Below, piece after piece: positions 43,658 to 53,724 of a DNA stretch of 64,000 nucleotides. The notes beneath the pieces are model-generated. The model had not been told where the DNA came from. It was given only the letters and a program-made list of their open reading frames with translations, and made no database searches. Made by a program: the position numbers and the translations under genes. The stretch comes from Fidelibacterota bacterium (GTDB lineage Bacteria; Fidelibacterota; Marinisomatia; Marinisomatales; TCS55): assembly GCA_046861385.1 (NCBI GenBank), contig JBHHTW010000001.1:95910-159909 (forward strand), given 5' to 3'. Position 1 is the first letter of the stretch, and every line of letters starts with the position of its first letter.

Positions 43658-45031
43658 ATGAGTAATCAAAGGGAACACTGGGGCTCCAAAATAGGCTTTA
43701 TATTAGCAGCATCAGGATCTGCGGTTGGAATTGGAAATATATGGAAATATCCCCACATGGCTGGTCAAAATGGAGGTGCAGCATTTACAATGGTTTATCT
43801 CGTATGCATATTGATTGTCGGTTTATCAATTGTCATTGCAGAATTTGTCATTGGTAGACGAACGCAATTAAGTCCGGTGGGTGCATTTGAAACACTCGCA
43901 CCGAAAACAAATTGGAAATGGGTCGGGTTTTTAGGGGTTGCTTCTGCATTTGTCATATTATCATTTTATGGAGTTGTCGGCGGCTGGGTAACAAAATATA
44001 TAATCATGTCTATTACAGGTAAATTTAATGCTTTAGCCGGTAATCCTGAAGCCGCAGGTAATGTATTCAATCACTTTATTACCAGTACATGGAGTCCGGT
44101 ATTGTATCAAATCATTTTTATGATTTTATGTATTTGGGTCATTGTAAATGGTGTAAAGGGTGGAATAGAAAAATGGGCAAAAATCATGATGCCTTTAATA
44201 ATTATTTTATTGGCAGTCCTCGCAGTACGGGGGCTGACGTTGGAAGGTGGCATGGAAGGTATGTCGTTCTTATTTAAACCTCGATTTGAAGATTTAACTG
44301 CCTCTTCAGTAGTATTAGCATTAGGACATTCGTTTTTTACGTTGAGTTTAGGGATGGGAACCATGATTACGTATGGCAGCTATCTGGATAAGAAGCAAAA
44401 TTTACTCAACTCTGCGCTGTGGGTTATCATTTTAGATACCGCCATTGCGATGCTGGCAGGTATTGCAATTTTTACAACCGTTTTTGCCCTGGGTGCGAAT
44501 CCAGCTGAAGGGCCGGGTCTGATTTTTGTCGTTCTTCCATCTGTATTTCCCCAATTGGCAGCCGGAACATTATGGGGGACGTTGTTCTTTTTCCTGCTTT
44601 TTATGGCAGCATTAACATCTGCAATATCTATTTTGGAAGTCGTGACTGCCTATTTTATTGATCAGAAAGGGTGGTCCAGGAAAAAAGCCACTATCCAATT
44701 TGGAGTCGTCATTACAGTCGTGGGTGCTTTCTGCTCTCTTTCCCTCGGTGGTGGAATCAATTTAACCGGATTGATTCATATATCATTTTTTGATTTCATG
44801 GATTATTTGTCATCAAAATACATGTTGCCCATTGGCGGAATGCTTACGGCTCTATTTGTATTAAAAAAATGGGGCGTTGACAATTTCATTGAAGAATTCA
44901 AGCAAGGTTCTGAAAACTCATTTTTATCAAAAAATCTGATGAAGGTTCTACTGGGAATTGCTGCAACCGTGGTAGGATTTATTATTTTGAATGAATTACT
45001 GGATGTTCTTTTTGGGATTCAATTGATATAA
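43658..45031 (+). CDS. Sodium-dependent transporter, NSS/SNF family
   Basis: REHWGSKIGFILAASGSAVGIGNIWKYP, FFTLSLG, EGPGLIF, AALTSAIS.LE. Confidence 0.95.
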   Translation: MSNQREHWGSKIGFILAASGSAVGIGNIWKYPHMAGQNGGAAFTMVYLVCILIVGLSIVIAEFVIGRRTQLSPVGAFETLAPKTNWKWVGFLGVASAFVILSFYGVVGGWVTKYIIMSITGKFNALAGNPEAAGNVFNHFITSTWSPVLYQIIFMILCIWVIVNGVKGGIEKWAKIMMPLIIILLAVLAVRGLTLEGGMEGMSFLFKPRFEDLTASSVVLALGHSFFTLSLGMGTMITYGSYLDKKQNLLNSALWVIILDTAIAMLAGIAIFTTVFALGANPAEGPGLIFVVLPSVFPQLAAGTLWGTLFFFLLFMAALTSAISILEVVTAYFIDQKGWSRKKATIQFGVVITVVGAFCSLSLGGGINLTGLIHISFFDFMDYLSSKYMLPIGGMLTALFVLKKWGVDNFIEEFKQGSENSFLSKNLMKVLLGIAATVVGFIILNELLDVLFGIQLI

Positions 45032-45813
45032 TGATTATTTCACGAATAATTCCGGACAATTCTGCAGCTTACAAATCCATCTCAAACCTGTCAAAAAAAT
45101 TGGATGGCTTCATTCATTTAAAACCATATCATTGGTTCGCGATCTGGGTATTAATGGCATCGGGAACCAGTTCTCAACAAGGTCTCGTAAACCGGTATTC
45201 TTTCTGGAGCATGTCCCACGCTGCAGAAGGATTAATCACTTTATTGATTGTGACCATGGTGGCTGCTATTTTGTTAAAAAATGACCACATATCATTTAAT
45301 AATTTGAGTATGAATCCTTTTACTCTCATAAACCATTTGGTCCTTCCATTCTTTATTTTTCTCACTGGATGGGGATGGATAAATGGAAATTATTTTCTTG
45401 CGGCAAAATCTTTTTCCCCTTACTTACTCGCATATATTTCGATATTATTAATGTACCAAATAAATATAGATAAAATTCCTGAAGCCGGCTATCGTCTAGG
45501 GAAAGGAACCGTTGCATTTAGCCTATTACTGGCGTTGGCAAGTTCATTATTGGGCATAATATTTGGTGACCCAGTCATTAGCACTGCATCGATAGTTTAT
45601 GCGCCATTTTTGGCAGTGGCTATTGTTTTCCCAGCCCATAAACGCCATATTCAACGCTTAAGAATTTACCCAATATTCATTTATGCGATGTTTGTTTCTG
45701 TTCGTGTCCCGTGGCTGCTAATTCCATTGGCCATTCTTTTTTTTGGTTTGAGAACTTATAATTATTTTCGGTATCATATTGTATTTCCGACCTTTTCTGT
45801 AGACAATGATTAA
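45031..45813 (+). CDS. Polytopic membrane protein, possibly a degenerate UbiA-family prenyltransferase
   Basis: About 8 TMs; LKPYHW resembles the UbiA N-terminal RP..W; IPEAGYRLGKGTVA resembles D..GD...G..T..V without the Asp residues. Confidence 0.5.
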   Translation: MIISRIIPDNSAAYKSISNLSKKLDGFIHLKPYHWFAIWVLMASGTSSQQGLVNRYSFWSMSHAAEGLITLLIVTMVAAILLKNDHISFNNLSMNPFTLINHLVLPFFIFLTGWGWINGNYFLAAKSFSPYLLAYISILLMYQINIDKIPEAGYRLGKGTVAFSLLLALASSLLGIIFGDPVISTASIVYAPFLAVAIVFPAHKRHIQRLRIYPIFIYAMFVSVRVPWLLIPLAILFFGLRTYNYFRYHIVFPTFSVDND

Positions 45814-46024
45814 CATTGCTGATAATAAATGTGATTTTTGTGGATGTTGTGTGGGGGTATGTCCAGTGAATTGCATCGAATTAAAGGAAGCGGAAATATC
45901 GATCGATCATGAAGTATGTATTGATTGTGATATTTGTGTATTTATTTGCCCCATAGAGGTTTTGTCCCATGGGACTCCCAAATATTCCTCTTCGACCAAA
46001 GCAGGTTCACATGTGGATGGATGA
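45806..46024 (+). CDS. 2[4Fe-4S] ferredoxin
   Basis: CDFCGCCVGVCP and CIDCDICVFICP. Confidence 0.95.
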   Translation: MINIADNKCDFCGCCVGVCPVNCIELKEAEISIDHEVCIDCDICVFICPIEVLSHGTPKYSSSTKAGSHVDG

Positions 46025-47198
46025 AAAAAAATTTGATTGTGTTGTCGTAGGAGGTGGTCCAGCCGGATCAACATTTGCTCGAATCGCTGCTCGGAGTGGC
46101 TTATCCGTTTTAGTGTTGGAGAAAGATCGAGATATCGGTTTACCGGTCCGGTGCGGAGAAGCCATTAGTGATGCTGGTATACGCCTTTTTGTCGATCCGG
46201 ATCCGAGGTGGATAACATCTTATATTGATCGAATTAGTTTAATTGCGCCGGATGAGACTAAAATCGAATTTGATTTAGTTGAAAAAGGATACATACTGGA
46301 CAGAAGAATTTTTGATTATGATTTGGCGCAATATGCCGCCATGGAAGGTGCCCGAATTATCACCAAAGCCTATGTGAATGGCGTAATTATTGATGATGAT
46401 AAAATTACCGGTGTGAAGGGAACTTATTTGGGTCAACCTTTTCAAATAAAAGCAAAAATTGTCGTAGGTGCCGATGGTGTCGAAAGTAGAATTGGCCGTT
46501 GGGCAGGATTAAAAACAACCCTCAAGTTGAAGGATGTTGAATCTGGAATTCAAAAAACGGTTACCGGTATCAACTGTCAGGAGAATATGTTTGAATTCTA
46601 CTTATCGAAGAGATGGGCTCCCGGCGGATATCTATGGGTGTTTCCTAAAGGAAAGAATCGAGCCAACATTGGGTTGGGAATTTCAGGAATATTTGCTAAA
46701 GAGGGAAAAGCCGCCCACAAATTTCTTGACGAATTCTTAGAATGGAAATATCCCGAAGCTTCAGTTCTAACGACCGTGGTTGGAGGGATTCCGGTTGCAA
46801 AAACAGCAAAAGAAATGGTCACTGACGGTTTAATGCTCATCGGGGATGCTGCCCACACATGCAACCCCTTAACCGGCGGAGGAATTACTCCCGGAATGCG
46901 GAGTGGCTTATTGGCGGCTGAAACAGCGATTGAGGCATTAAAAAATGGCGGACCAACCAAAAAGAATCTTCAAACCTATGAAAAAGCTTGGAACAAAATA
47001 GGCGGAAAAAATCATGAAAAATATTATCGTATCAAGGAAGCTATTTATAAATTTTCCGATGATGATTTAAATAAAATAGCAGCAGGGTTGGCTAAAATTC
47101 CAGAAAAGCAGCGAAGTCTTTTGAAAATATTTTTAGCAACTGTTCGTAATAAGCCATCATTATTAATTGATGTAGCTCGCGTTTTTGCCGGGTTGTGA
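46017..47198 (+). CDS. Geranylgeranyl reductase family flavoprotein (DGGGPL-reductase-like)
   Basis: GGGPAG, PVRCGE, RRIFD, GADG.ES, PGGYLWVFPK, GDAA...NPLTGGGI. Confidence 0.88.
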   Translation: MDEKKFDCVVVGGGPAGSTFARIAARSGLSVLVLEKDRDIGLPVRCGEAISDAGIRLFVDPDPRWITSYIDRISLIAPDETKIEFDLVEKGYILDRRIFDYDLAQYAAMEGARIITKAYVNGVIIDDDKITGVKGTYLGQPFQIKAKIVVGADGVESRIGRWAGLKTTLKLKDVESGIQKTVTGINCQENMFEFYLSKRWAPGGYLWVFPKGKNRANIGLGISGIFAKEGKAAHKFLDEFLEWKYPEASVLTTVVGGIPVAKTAKEMVTDGLMLIGDAAHTCNPLTGGGITPGMRSGLLAAETAIEALKNGGPTKKNLQTYEKAWNKIGGKNHEKYYRIKEAIYKFSDDDLNKIAAGLAKIPEKQRSLLKIFLATVRNKPSLLIDVARVFAGL

Positions 47199-50014
47199 TG
47201 AAACAGTCTGAATTATTGCGATTAGTTGATCTTTCCACCTATATCGCATTTGATTTTGAAACAACAGGGTTAAGTCCTGACAATGACCGAATTATTGAAA
47301 TCGCCGCCATAAAATTCGAAGGGGGAGAAGCAGTAGATCGTTTTGTGACACTTGTGAATCCGGAACGACCTATCGATTCATTTATTACTGAGATTACCAA
47401 TATCTCCAATGGCATGGTGTCCGATGCTCCAGTAGAAATGAATATCGTTGATGATTTTTTGAACTTTTTAGAAGATATTCCTCTGGTTGCTCATAATATT
47501 TCATTTGATATCAGTTTTTTAAAAAAGCTATGTGAACGACATGATAAGGAATATGTTGAACGTCCCCTATATGATACATTGCAATTGGCAAGAACATTCT
47601 TATTTTTTCATCCCACGCATAACTTAGGTTCTGTGTCAGAATATTTCAATTTATCTGCTGTGGGTGCTCATCGAGCAGAAGCCGATACTGAAAATACGGG
47701 TATTATTTTTCAATATTTGCTGGAAGAAGCTGCAAGCTATCCTTTAGAAGTATTTTCCAAAATTTTGGCTATTTCAAAAGGGAAGGATATTTTTAATAAA
47801 CATTTATATGTTAATATCAGCAATGCTTTGAAAAAAGAGGGTAATCTTAAAAACGGGCTGGTAGAGAGTAATTTAGAAATACCATTTTTCAATAATGTAT
47901 TTGTGTCAAGTGGGAAAAGTCAACTGGCCGACATATCTGTGGAAGAGGTGTTCTCAGCCGGCGGACGATTAAGTCAGGTGTTCGAAAACTATGAAGAACG
48001 GAAATCTCAACAGGATTACAGCTCGTTTGTAACGGAAATGATCAATGAAGATAATAGCTATTGCGCCATCGAGGCCGGAACTGGATTAGGTAAATCATTG
48101 GCTTATTTATTCCCGGCTTTGAAAAAAGCATTTGATAAAGACAATGAGTATCCTGTAGTGATTTCTTGCCATACAAAACATCTTCAGGATCAATTATTTA
48201 ACAAGGACCTGCCATTATTGTCGAAAGCTTTGGATGTTCCACTCCATGCATTGATTTTGAAGGGTAGAAGCAACTATTTATGCTTAACACGATTGAACAG
48301 CTTGATATCGGACGCACAATCATTATTACGGAAAGATGAAGTCGAATCTTTATATCCGATCATTGTTTGGTTATCCGTCACTCAAACGGGAGATTTATCT
48401 GAATGTGCTGGATTTTGGGGACATCGGCCGTTTAAAGTTGCAGAATTGATACAAAGTGAACCCGGATACTGTACAACATCCTTATGTGCATCGAATAACG
48501 GATGCTTTTTTGGTCCGATTCGTCAGGCAGTGCATGAATCTCAAGTGATTATAGTGAATCACGCATTGTTGATGTCTAATATAGATAATCCGGGACTACT
48601 TCCTGAATTTGAATCTGTCATTATTGATGAGGCGCATAATCTGGTTGATATCGCCTATAATCAATTAACGAAAGAAGTAAACCTGTTTAAAATTAATGCG
48701 ATAATTGACATTATTGATCCAAACACATCCAGTGCCAAACGATGGACTCAAAAGCTGGAACCATACATTCAGGATCATCAACCCTTAAAACAATACTATC
48801 AAGAATTAGAAAGATTCTCTTTGCTTTCAAGAGAAACCGCCCAATTATTTTTCAAAGATTTATCCGAAGGAATTTCTAAGGGAATCAAATCGGATATTCC
48901 ATATCCGCAATATATCATTATGAGAAATTTAACAGAAGGATACGGATATGTATTTCAACAGATTCAAGAATTTGAACTTGCCTTAACCGAAATGCATAAT
49001 GCAATTAAAGGTACTTTGAATCAGTTGAATAATATTGATTCACCTAATAATGAATTAGGCGATATAATTCAATTGTTTGAACATAGTATGGACACCATCG
49101 CTTCATTGCAAGGTGAAATAGCCATTCTGACTCACGATAAGCAAAATGGCTGGGTTTATTGGCAAAAGGGTCAATATCGTCAAGGAAGATCCGGCGGGAA
49201 GGATTTATTTGTATCTATTAATGGTGCACCGGTTGATATTGCCCACGATTTGGCATCATCATTCTTTGAGACCGTCAATCAATGTATTCTAACTTCAGCG
49301 ACTCTCCAGGTGGAGGAGAGCTTTGATTATTTTTTACAACGCTCAGGATTAAATATCATGGATAGAGATGCGGTTCATACGCAAGAATTTAACAGCCCTT
49401 TCTACTATGACGAACAAGTTCGATATTACCAGTATTCCGGGAAAAATGGTCAAAACCCCTCCTTAGTGGCGGACTTGATGTATCAGTTGCATAAATATAC
49501 TAATAAACGCATGATGGCTCTATTTACCTCAAGACAAGCTTTAAATCAAGTGTACCGTGAATTACAAAATAAACCAGACGGGAGAAAACTCCCAATTTTT
49601 GCTCAAGTATCCGGATCTTCTCGATATGCTATGCTCCGGGGAATGCACCGTACAAAAAACGGTATTCTGCTTGGAACGAATGCCTTTTGGGAAGGGGTGG
49701 ATCTCCCCCGGGATTTATTGGAAATATTAATTATCTCCAAACTGCCTTTTGGTGTTCCCACGGAACCCATCACTCAAGCCTATAGCCGGATGTTGGATGA
49801 ACAGGGGAGGAATGCATTTATGAATTTCAGCGTCCCGGAAGCAGTGATTCGTTTTCGTCAAGGGTTTGGTCGTCTGATTCGCACCATTGAAGATGAAGGA
49901 CTCTTTATCGTAATGGATGAGCGAATTGTGGGTAAACGCTATGGGTCTGCTTTCAGCGATGCCATACCGGTTCGAATGCAGCCATTTGCCAGAGTGGGTG
50001 AATTGATCAATTAG
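47195..50014 (+). CDS. dinG: DinG/YoaA-family helicase fused to an N-terminal DEDDh (epsilon-like) exonuclease
   Basis: FDFETTG, AHNISFD, HRA.AD; EAGTGLGKS, DEAH, TSATL, FWEGVD, RQGFGRLIR; Fe-S Cys. Confidence 0.92.
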   Translation: MMKQSELLRLVDLSTYIAFDFETTGLSPDNDRIIEIAAIKFEGGEAVDRFVTLVNPERPIDSFITEITNISNGMVSDAPVEMNIVDDFLNFLEDIPLVAHNISFDISFLKKLCERHDKEYVERPLYDTLQLARTFLFFHPTHNLGSVSEYFNLSAVGAHRAEADTENTGIIFQYLLEEAASYPLEVFSKILAISKGKDIFNKHLYVNISNALKKEGNLKNGLVESNLEIPFFNNVFVSSGKSQLADISVEEVFSAGGRLSQVFENYEERKSQQDYSSFVTEMINEDNSYCAIEAGTGLGKSLAYLFPALKKAFDKDNEYPVVISCHTKHLQDQLFNKDLPLLSKALDVPLHALILKGRSNYLCLTRLNSLISDAQSLLRKDEVESLYPIIVWLSVTQTGDLSECAGFWGHRPFKVAELIQSEPGYCTTSLCASNNGCFFGPIRQAVHESQVIIVNHALLMSNIDNPGLLPEFESVIIDEAHNLVDIAYNQLTKEVNLFKINAIIDIIDPNTSSAKRWTQKLEPYIQDHQPLKQYYQELERFSLLSRETAQLFFKDLSEGISKGIKSDIPYPQYIIMRNLTEGYGYVFQQIQEFELALTEMHNAIKGTLNQLNNIDSPNNELGDIIQLFEHSMDTIASLQGEIAILTHDKQNGWVYWQKGQYRQGRSGGKDLFVSINGAPVDIAHDLASSFFETVNQCILTSATLQVEESFDYFLQRSGLNIMDRDAVHTQEFNSPFYYDEQVRYYQYSGKNGQNPSLVADLMYQLHKYTNKRMMALFTSRQALNQVYRELQNKPDGRKLPIFAQVSGSSRYAMLRGMHRTKNGILLGTNAFWEGVDLPRDLLEILIISKLPFGVPTEPITQAYSRMLDEQGRNAFMNFSVPEAVIRFRQGFGRLIRTIEDEGLFIVMDERIVGKRYGSAFSDAIPVRMQPFARVGELIN

Positions 50015-50057
50015 ATAAGACTTCCCAGGATTCTGGAGAATAAATAATTTGTACAGG

Positions 50058-50519
50058 TTAGTTTATCGTTCTAAGATCTGCCAATAAAAGTTCTTTTTCC
50101 TCTTTATCTCTAATTATTTTCGTTAGGTCTTTGGCTATTTTTAAATGTTTTTCTTTTTCTTCTCTATTACCGGTGAGAGTATGCACTCGCGCCAATGCTT
50201 CATGAGCATAGCCTAAATAAAATGGCTCTTCATTTTTACTGAATTCCAGGCACAATTTCCCGTAACGTTCAGCTTGCTCTATATTTCCAGCTAATGTATA
50301 ACATCGTGACACCTGCCAGCAGCCAATGCTCTTGTGGCGGATGGTGCAGTCTTTTCGTTTTGACCAGTGGAACAGTGATGCCAATGCATAATGGACCATT
50401 TCTTCCGTATCTCCTTCATTTCTGTCTGTTTTATCAATCAATTCCCATGCTTTGTTATAACAGCGCCCGGAGAAATATTTGTGGAGTTCAGTTTGGTTTG
50501 TAAAATCTAGTTCAGTCAT
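50058..50519 (-). CDS. Hypothetical alpha-helical (TPR-like) protein
   Basis: 153 aa; N.AWELI.K..R, AS..HW, W..SR.Y, AHEALAR. Confidence 0.75.
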   Translation of the reverse strand: MTELDFTNQTELHKYFSGRCYNKAWELIDKTDRNEGDTEEMVHYALASLFHWSKRKDCTIRHKSIGCWQVSRCYTLAGNIEQAERYGKLCLEFSKNEEPFYLGYAHEALARVHTLTGNREEKEKHLKIAKDLTKIIRDKEEKELLLADLRTIN

Positions 50520-50609
50520 AATAATGATAGAATTTATCAGCAGAAAAACTCACATGTACAAACTTGACTCAACACAGATGGTAAAATAGGGTAGAATAGA
50601 CCAACAACG

Positions 50610-51413
50610 TTATCGTACATAAAACGATATTGGTAAAATATGTTTTTTCTTCTTTTTCTTCTTTTTCTTATAAGTACCCCATTTATATTTATCTGTTTTC
50701 ACAGCCGTTAATGTCATCTCGCCATCCTGGTTCATTTTAAGAATTCCATATTTACGGATTGAACCGAAATGATCGGAAAAAACCTGAGCACGACTACCTT
50801 TTTTGGGTTTTTTCCCTGAAAAACGTTCCCCCGTTAATTTTAAAGTGTCATTCCAGGATATTTCTTCCGAACCGTAATAGGAAAAATTAAGATACACAAG
50901 ATCATTCTCAATATCCATTCCCGTAATGGTTGAAACAATATTTTCCGTGAGAAATTCGTAATTGAGAACATTTGCCAGCAACCGGGAATAAAGTATTTTT
51001 TGGTCCGGTGGAATTTCACTGTCAAGTTTTTCCTTGATGATTGGAAAATATTCTATCGTATTTAGAAGTATTTCTTCGGGAGATAATTTAGATTTTATCA
51101 CGAGGGAAGGTCCTTCTTTCATTTTTGCTTTTCCGCTTAAAACTTCCCCTTTGATACCCATACCCGATTTCCATAACAGGATAGCAGTTTCACCAATAGT
51201 CAAATTCCCTTTACTTTTAGTCAAATCCAGAGAAATGCTTACAGAATTTCCTGGATTGGTCGTTCCCACTTCATTGCCATTCCAAATAATTGATTGTGGA
51301 GGGAGCCCCTTAGGAAAATCCGGTTTTGTTTTTATTTTTATTATCGTTTCGGTTGAAGACAGAAAATTAAGGGAAAGAAATAAAATGGACATTAGTATTT
51401 TAAACGAATTCAT
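50610..51413 (-). CDS. Hypothetical secreted protein with a poly-Lys tract near the C-terminus
   Basis: 267 aa; signal-peptide-like start; K8 tract. Confidence 0.65.
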   Translation of the reverse strand: MNSFKILMSILFLSLNFLSSTETIIKIKTKPDFPKGLPPQSIIWNGNEVGTTNPGNSVSISLDLTKSKGNLTIGETAILLWKSGMGIKGEVLSGKAKMKEGPSLVIKSKLSPEEILLNTIEYFPIIKEKLDSEIPPDQKILYSRLLANVLNYEFLTENIVSTITGMDIENDLVYLNFSYYGSEEISWNDTLKLTGERFSGKKPKKGSRAQVFSDHFGSIRKYGILKMNQDGEMTLTAVKTDKYKWGTYKKKKKKKKKHILPISFYVR

Positions 51414-51523
51414 AAGATGCTCCTTTTCTGATATAATCTAAATTAGTTACACATACGAAATTTAGGCATAAATATTACAAAAAATAACTCTCTATTCGAG
51501 GGCTATGCAAAGTACTCAACTGA

Positions 51524-51763
51524 TTAATGATCACAAATTTTGGATGGGTCGGTGTTAAAACCATCTTCAGATAAATTAAATTTTCCCCTTCCTGAAAGAA
51601 AATGAATAATTTCATCTGCATTCATATTTTCTGCGGAACAGGTATAGAAACGTGCATTATGTCCAAAAGTGGCGAGGATATCATCCCTCAAAGTATCCAC
51701 AGTGTAATCTTTTCCAGATTTCATCATCATTTCCATCACTTCATGACCGTGTATTTGATTCAT
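51524..51763 (-). CDS. YecH family putative metal-binding protein (start corrected)
   Basis: IHGHEVMEMM, FG..ARFYTCSAE.M, GKF, KICDH; GGAG RBS. Confidence 0.9.
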   Translation of the reverse strand: MNQIHGHEVMEMMMKSGKDYTVDTLRDDILATFGHNARFYTCSAENMNADEIIHFLSGRGKFNLSEDGFNTDPSKICDH

Positions 51764-51862
51764 TATTTTCTCCATGTATTGAGTAAAGTTAACAAAGATT
51801 AAACATATACCGATTGTTTTCCATAATCGTATTCGTAAACGATGATTCATTTTTCTGGATTA

Positions 51863-52531
51863 TCATTTTATTATCATACACATAATGCTGAGGCTATCAA
51901 TTTCTGTTATGACTGGTTTTAATCCGAGTTTATTGCATAGTGCTTGAAATTCTTTTGAGTTGAGCGATCCGGCTTTGAATCCGTCCTTACAGACGATGTT
52001 ACCGTTGCTGGTATTCTCATAATCAATCTTCCCAATTAAACCTTCGGCAGCCTGGTACTCAAACCATTTTAGTCTATCAGTCCAAATGTGTGATGAATAA
52101 CTGGAAAAGATAGTTTTCCCTCCTGGTTTGGTGACGCGAACAGCCTCTTTAATTAGATTAGATTTATCCACACCAAAAGCGCAGATTCCATTTTGTATAC
52201 AGAAGACTACATCGTAGGATTCATCAAGAAAACTCATTTTTGTTGCGTCCATTTCAATATACGCACATCGCGAGGCAGAACTTTGCAAACTCCGCGCTAA
52301 TTCAAGGCTTTCAGTCGATGTATCAATTCCGGTAACTTTTTTGACGTATCCACAAACTTGTGATGTAACTCTGCCGTACCCGCAGCCCAGTTCGAGGACA
52401 GAATCTTGAGGTCTCGTATGGGATATTATGTATTTAATTTCGGCATCCAAATATTGCTTAATTCGTTGTGGTGCAATGGCATAGCATTCCCTTAATCTGT
52501 CTCCGGATAAATTATTAGTATAATAATTCAT
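51863..52531 (-). CDS. Class I SAM-dependent methyltransferase
   Basis: VLELGCGYGR, GID, MDA, RVTKPGG. Confidence 0.9.
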   Translation of the reverse strand: MNYYTNNLSGDRLRECYAIAPQRIKQYLDAEIKYIISHTRPQDSVLELGCGYGRVTSQVCGYVKKVTGIDTSTESLELARSLQSSASRCAYIEMDATKMSFLDESYDVVFCIQNGICAFGVDKSNLIKEAVRVTKPGGKTIFSSYSSHIWTDRLKWFEYQAAEGLIGKIDYENTSNGNIVCKDGFKAGSLNSKEFQALCNKLGLKPVITEIDSLSIMCMIIK

Positions 52532-52559
52532 CCGGTTATTTCAGTTTTATCGTTTCTGC

Positions 52560-53201
52560 TTACAACCATCCTAAAATAAATCCAAATACGATAATTGCAA
52601 GTATATTTATTGAATAGATTATTCCTGTTGTAACCACTTTCTTTTTTACACTTTCCATATCAAAGACCCAATAGGCGACTAGGAAAAAAGGTAAATATCC
52701 GAATAGTACAATTAGCAATGGCCTCGTACTGCTCCACCATGAATAATCCCAGGTTAAAGCACCAATACTGTTGAGTAGTACTTCAATAAAAACACAGAAA
52801 ATTGAATAAACAACTGCAAAGAATATTCGATTTGGAATTTCGAGGATTTTCGTCTTTTTGTCTGGGAGCAGCAATTTACTAAAAACAATACCGGCTATGG
52901 CGAACATGAAACATATTTCAATATTTAATCCGATAAATATTAGATAGGCTGTCTTACCCGGCGCTCCCCAAACAGGCGCATAATTGGTGAAATGGAACAC
53001 AAGTGAATTCCAGATTTCATTAAACCAATCCATTCCCCAAAAGGCCAACCCGGCGAAAACCAAGTTCCAATTCTTCTTTTCAATTTCGACAGCATATACA
53101 TAGACAACAAACGCGAATAGGGGAATAACATACCATTGGAATTGGCTTCCGTCTCTAAGTATGTTTTGAGCTTGAATCGCTGAGTCTGTAGGCATGTTCA
53201 T
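52560..53201 (-). CDS. Conserved-looking hypothetical membrane protein (about 6 TM)
   Basis: 213 aa hydrophobic ORF with MDWFNEIWN and GLNIEI motifs. Confidence 0.75.
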   Translation of the reverse strand: MNMPTDSAIQAQNILRDGSQFQWYVIPLFAFVVYVYAVEIEKKNWNLVFAGLAFWGMDWFNEIWNSLVFHFTNYAPVWGAPGKTAYLIFIGLNIEICFMFAIAGIVFSKLLLPDKKTKILEIPNRIFFAVVYSIFCVFIEVLLNSIGALTWDYSWWSSTRPLLIVLFGYLPFFLVAYWVFDMESVKKKVVTTGIIYSINILAIIVFGFILGWL

Positions 53202-53670
53202 TTCTTATCGTCGTAATTAAATTAGATTTTCAACCGAATAATATTATCCATAATATTCCAATATTTATTCACCGTCCCAATAGTCAATACTCTCACCTTT
53301 TCTCCCGACAAAGCGGATGGGGGTTGACAACCTTGAAATCTATTAAATTTGGAAAGATGATTAGGAAAAAAATATCTTAATCCAACCATTAAATCAACAA
53401 CGATATTTCCCTTGTTTGTGTAAAACCTAATAATCCCAATAAAAGATAATATTAATCATTTTATGGAAGCGGATTTATTAAGTTAAGAAAAATCGCAGAA
53501 AAATTTATTTTGAATATGTTGAATTACACCAACCACTGGTACTCTAATACTCCCGGCTCACGCCCCAGCCGACTCAGGGCTTGCTACATCAGCGACCTGA
53601 CGGTCTTGAAAGAGATAGAAGATTAAAAAGCAGTGGGGATTTTTCCGATGAAAACATTCGTTGGCAAAAA

Positions 53671-53724
53671 TGTAGAACAGACATTCTTGTCTGTTCCATT
53701 GCAGGCAGGAATGCCTGCAGTACA
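53671..53724. repeat. Inverted REP doublet (GTAG-type)
   Basis: tGTAG-aacagaca-ttct-tgtctgtt and the inverted copy tgcaggca-ggaa-tgcctgca-GTACa. Confidence 0.65.

Noticed and set aside
47195-50014. DinG-exonuclease fusion as a defence gene or CasDinG
   Set aside because: A widespread housekeeping architecture in a housekeeping operon, with no cas context.
53528-53640. Known riboswitch, 6S RNA or tRNA
   Set aside because: Only isolated sub-motifs (CCACTG, ACCTGA); the required conserved cores and cloverleaf are absent.
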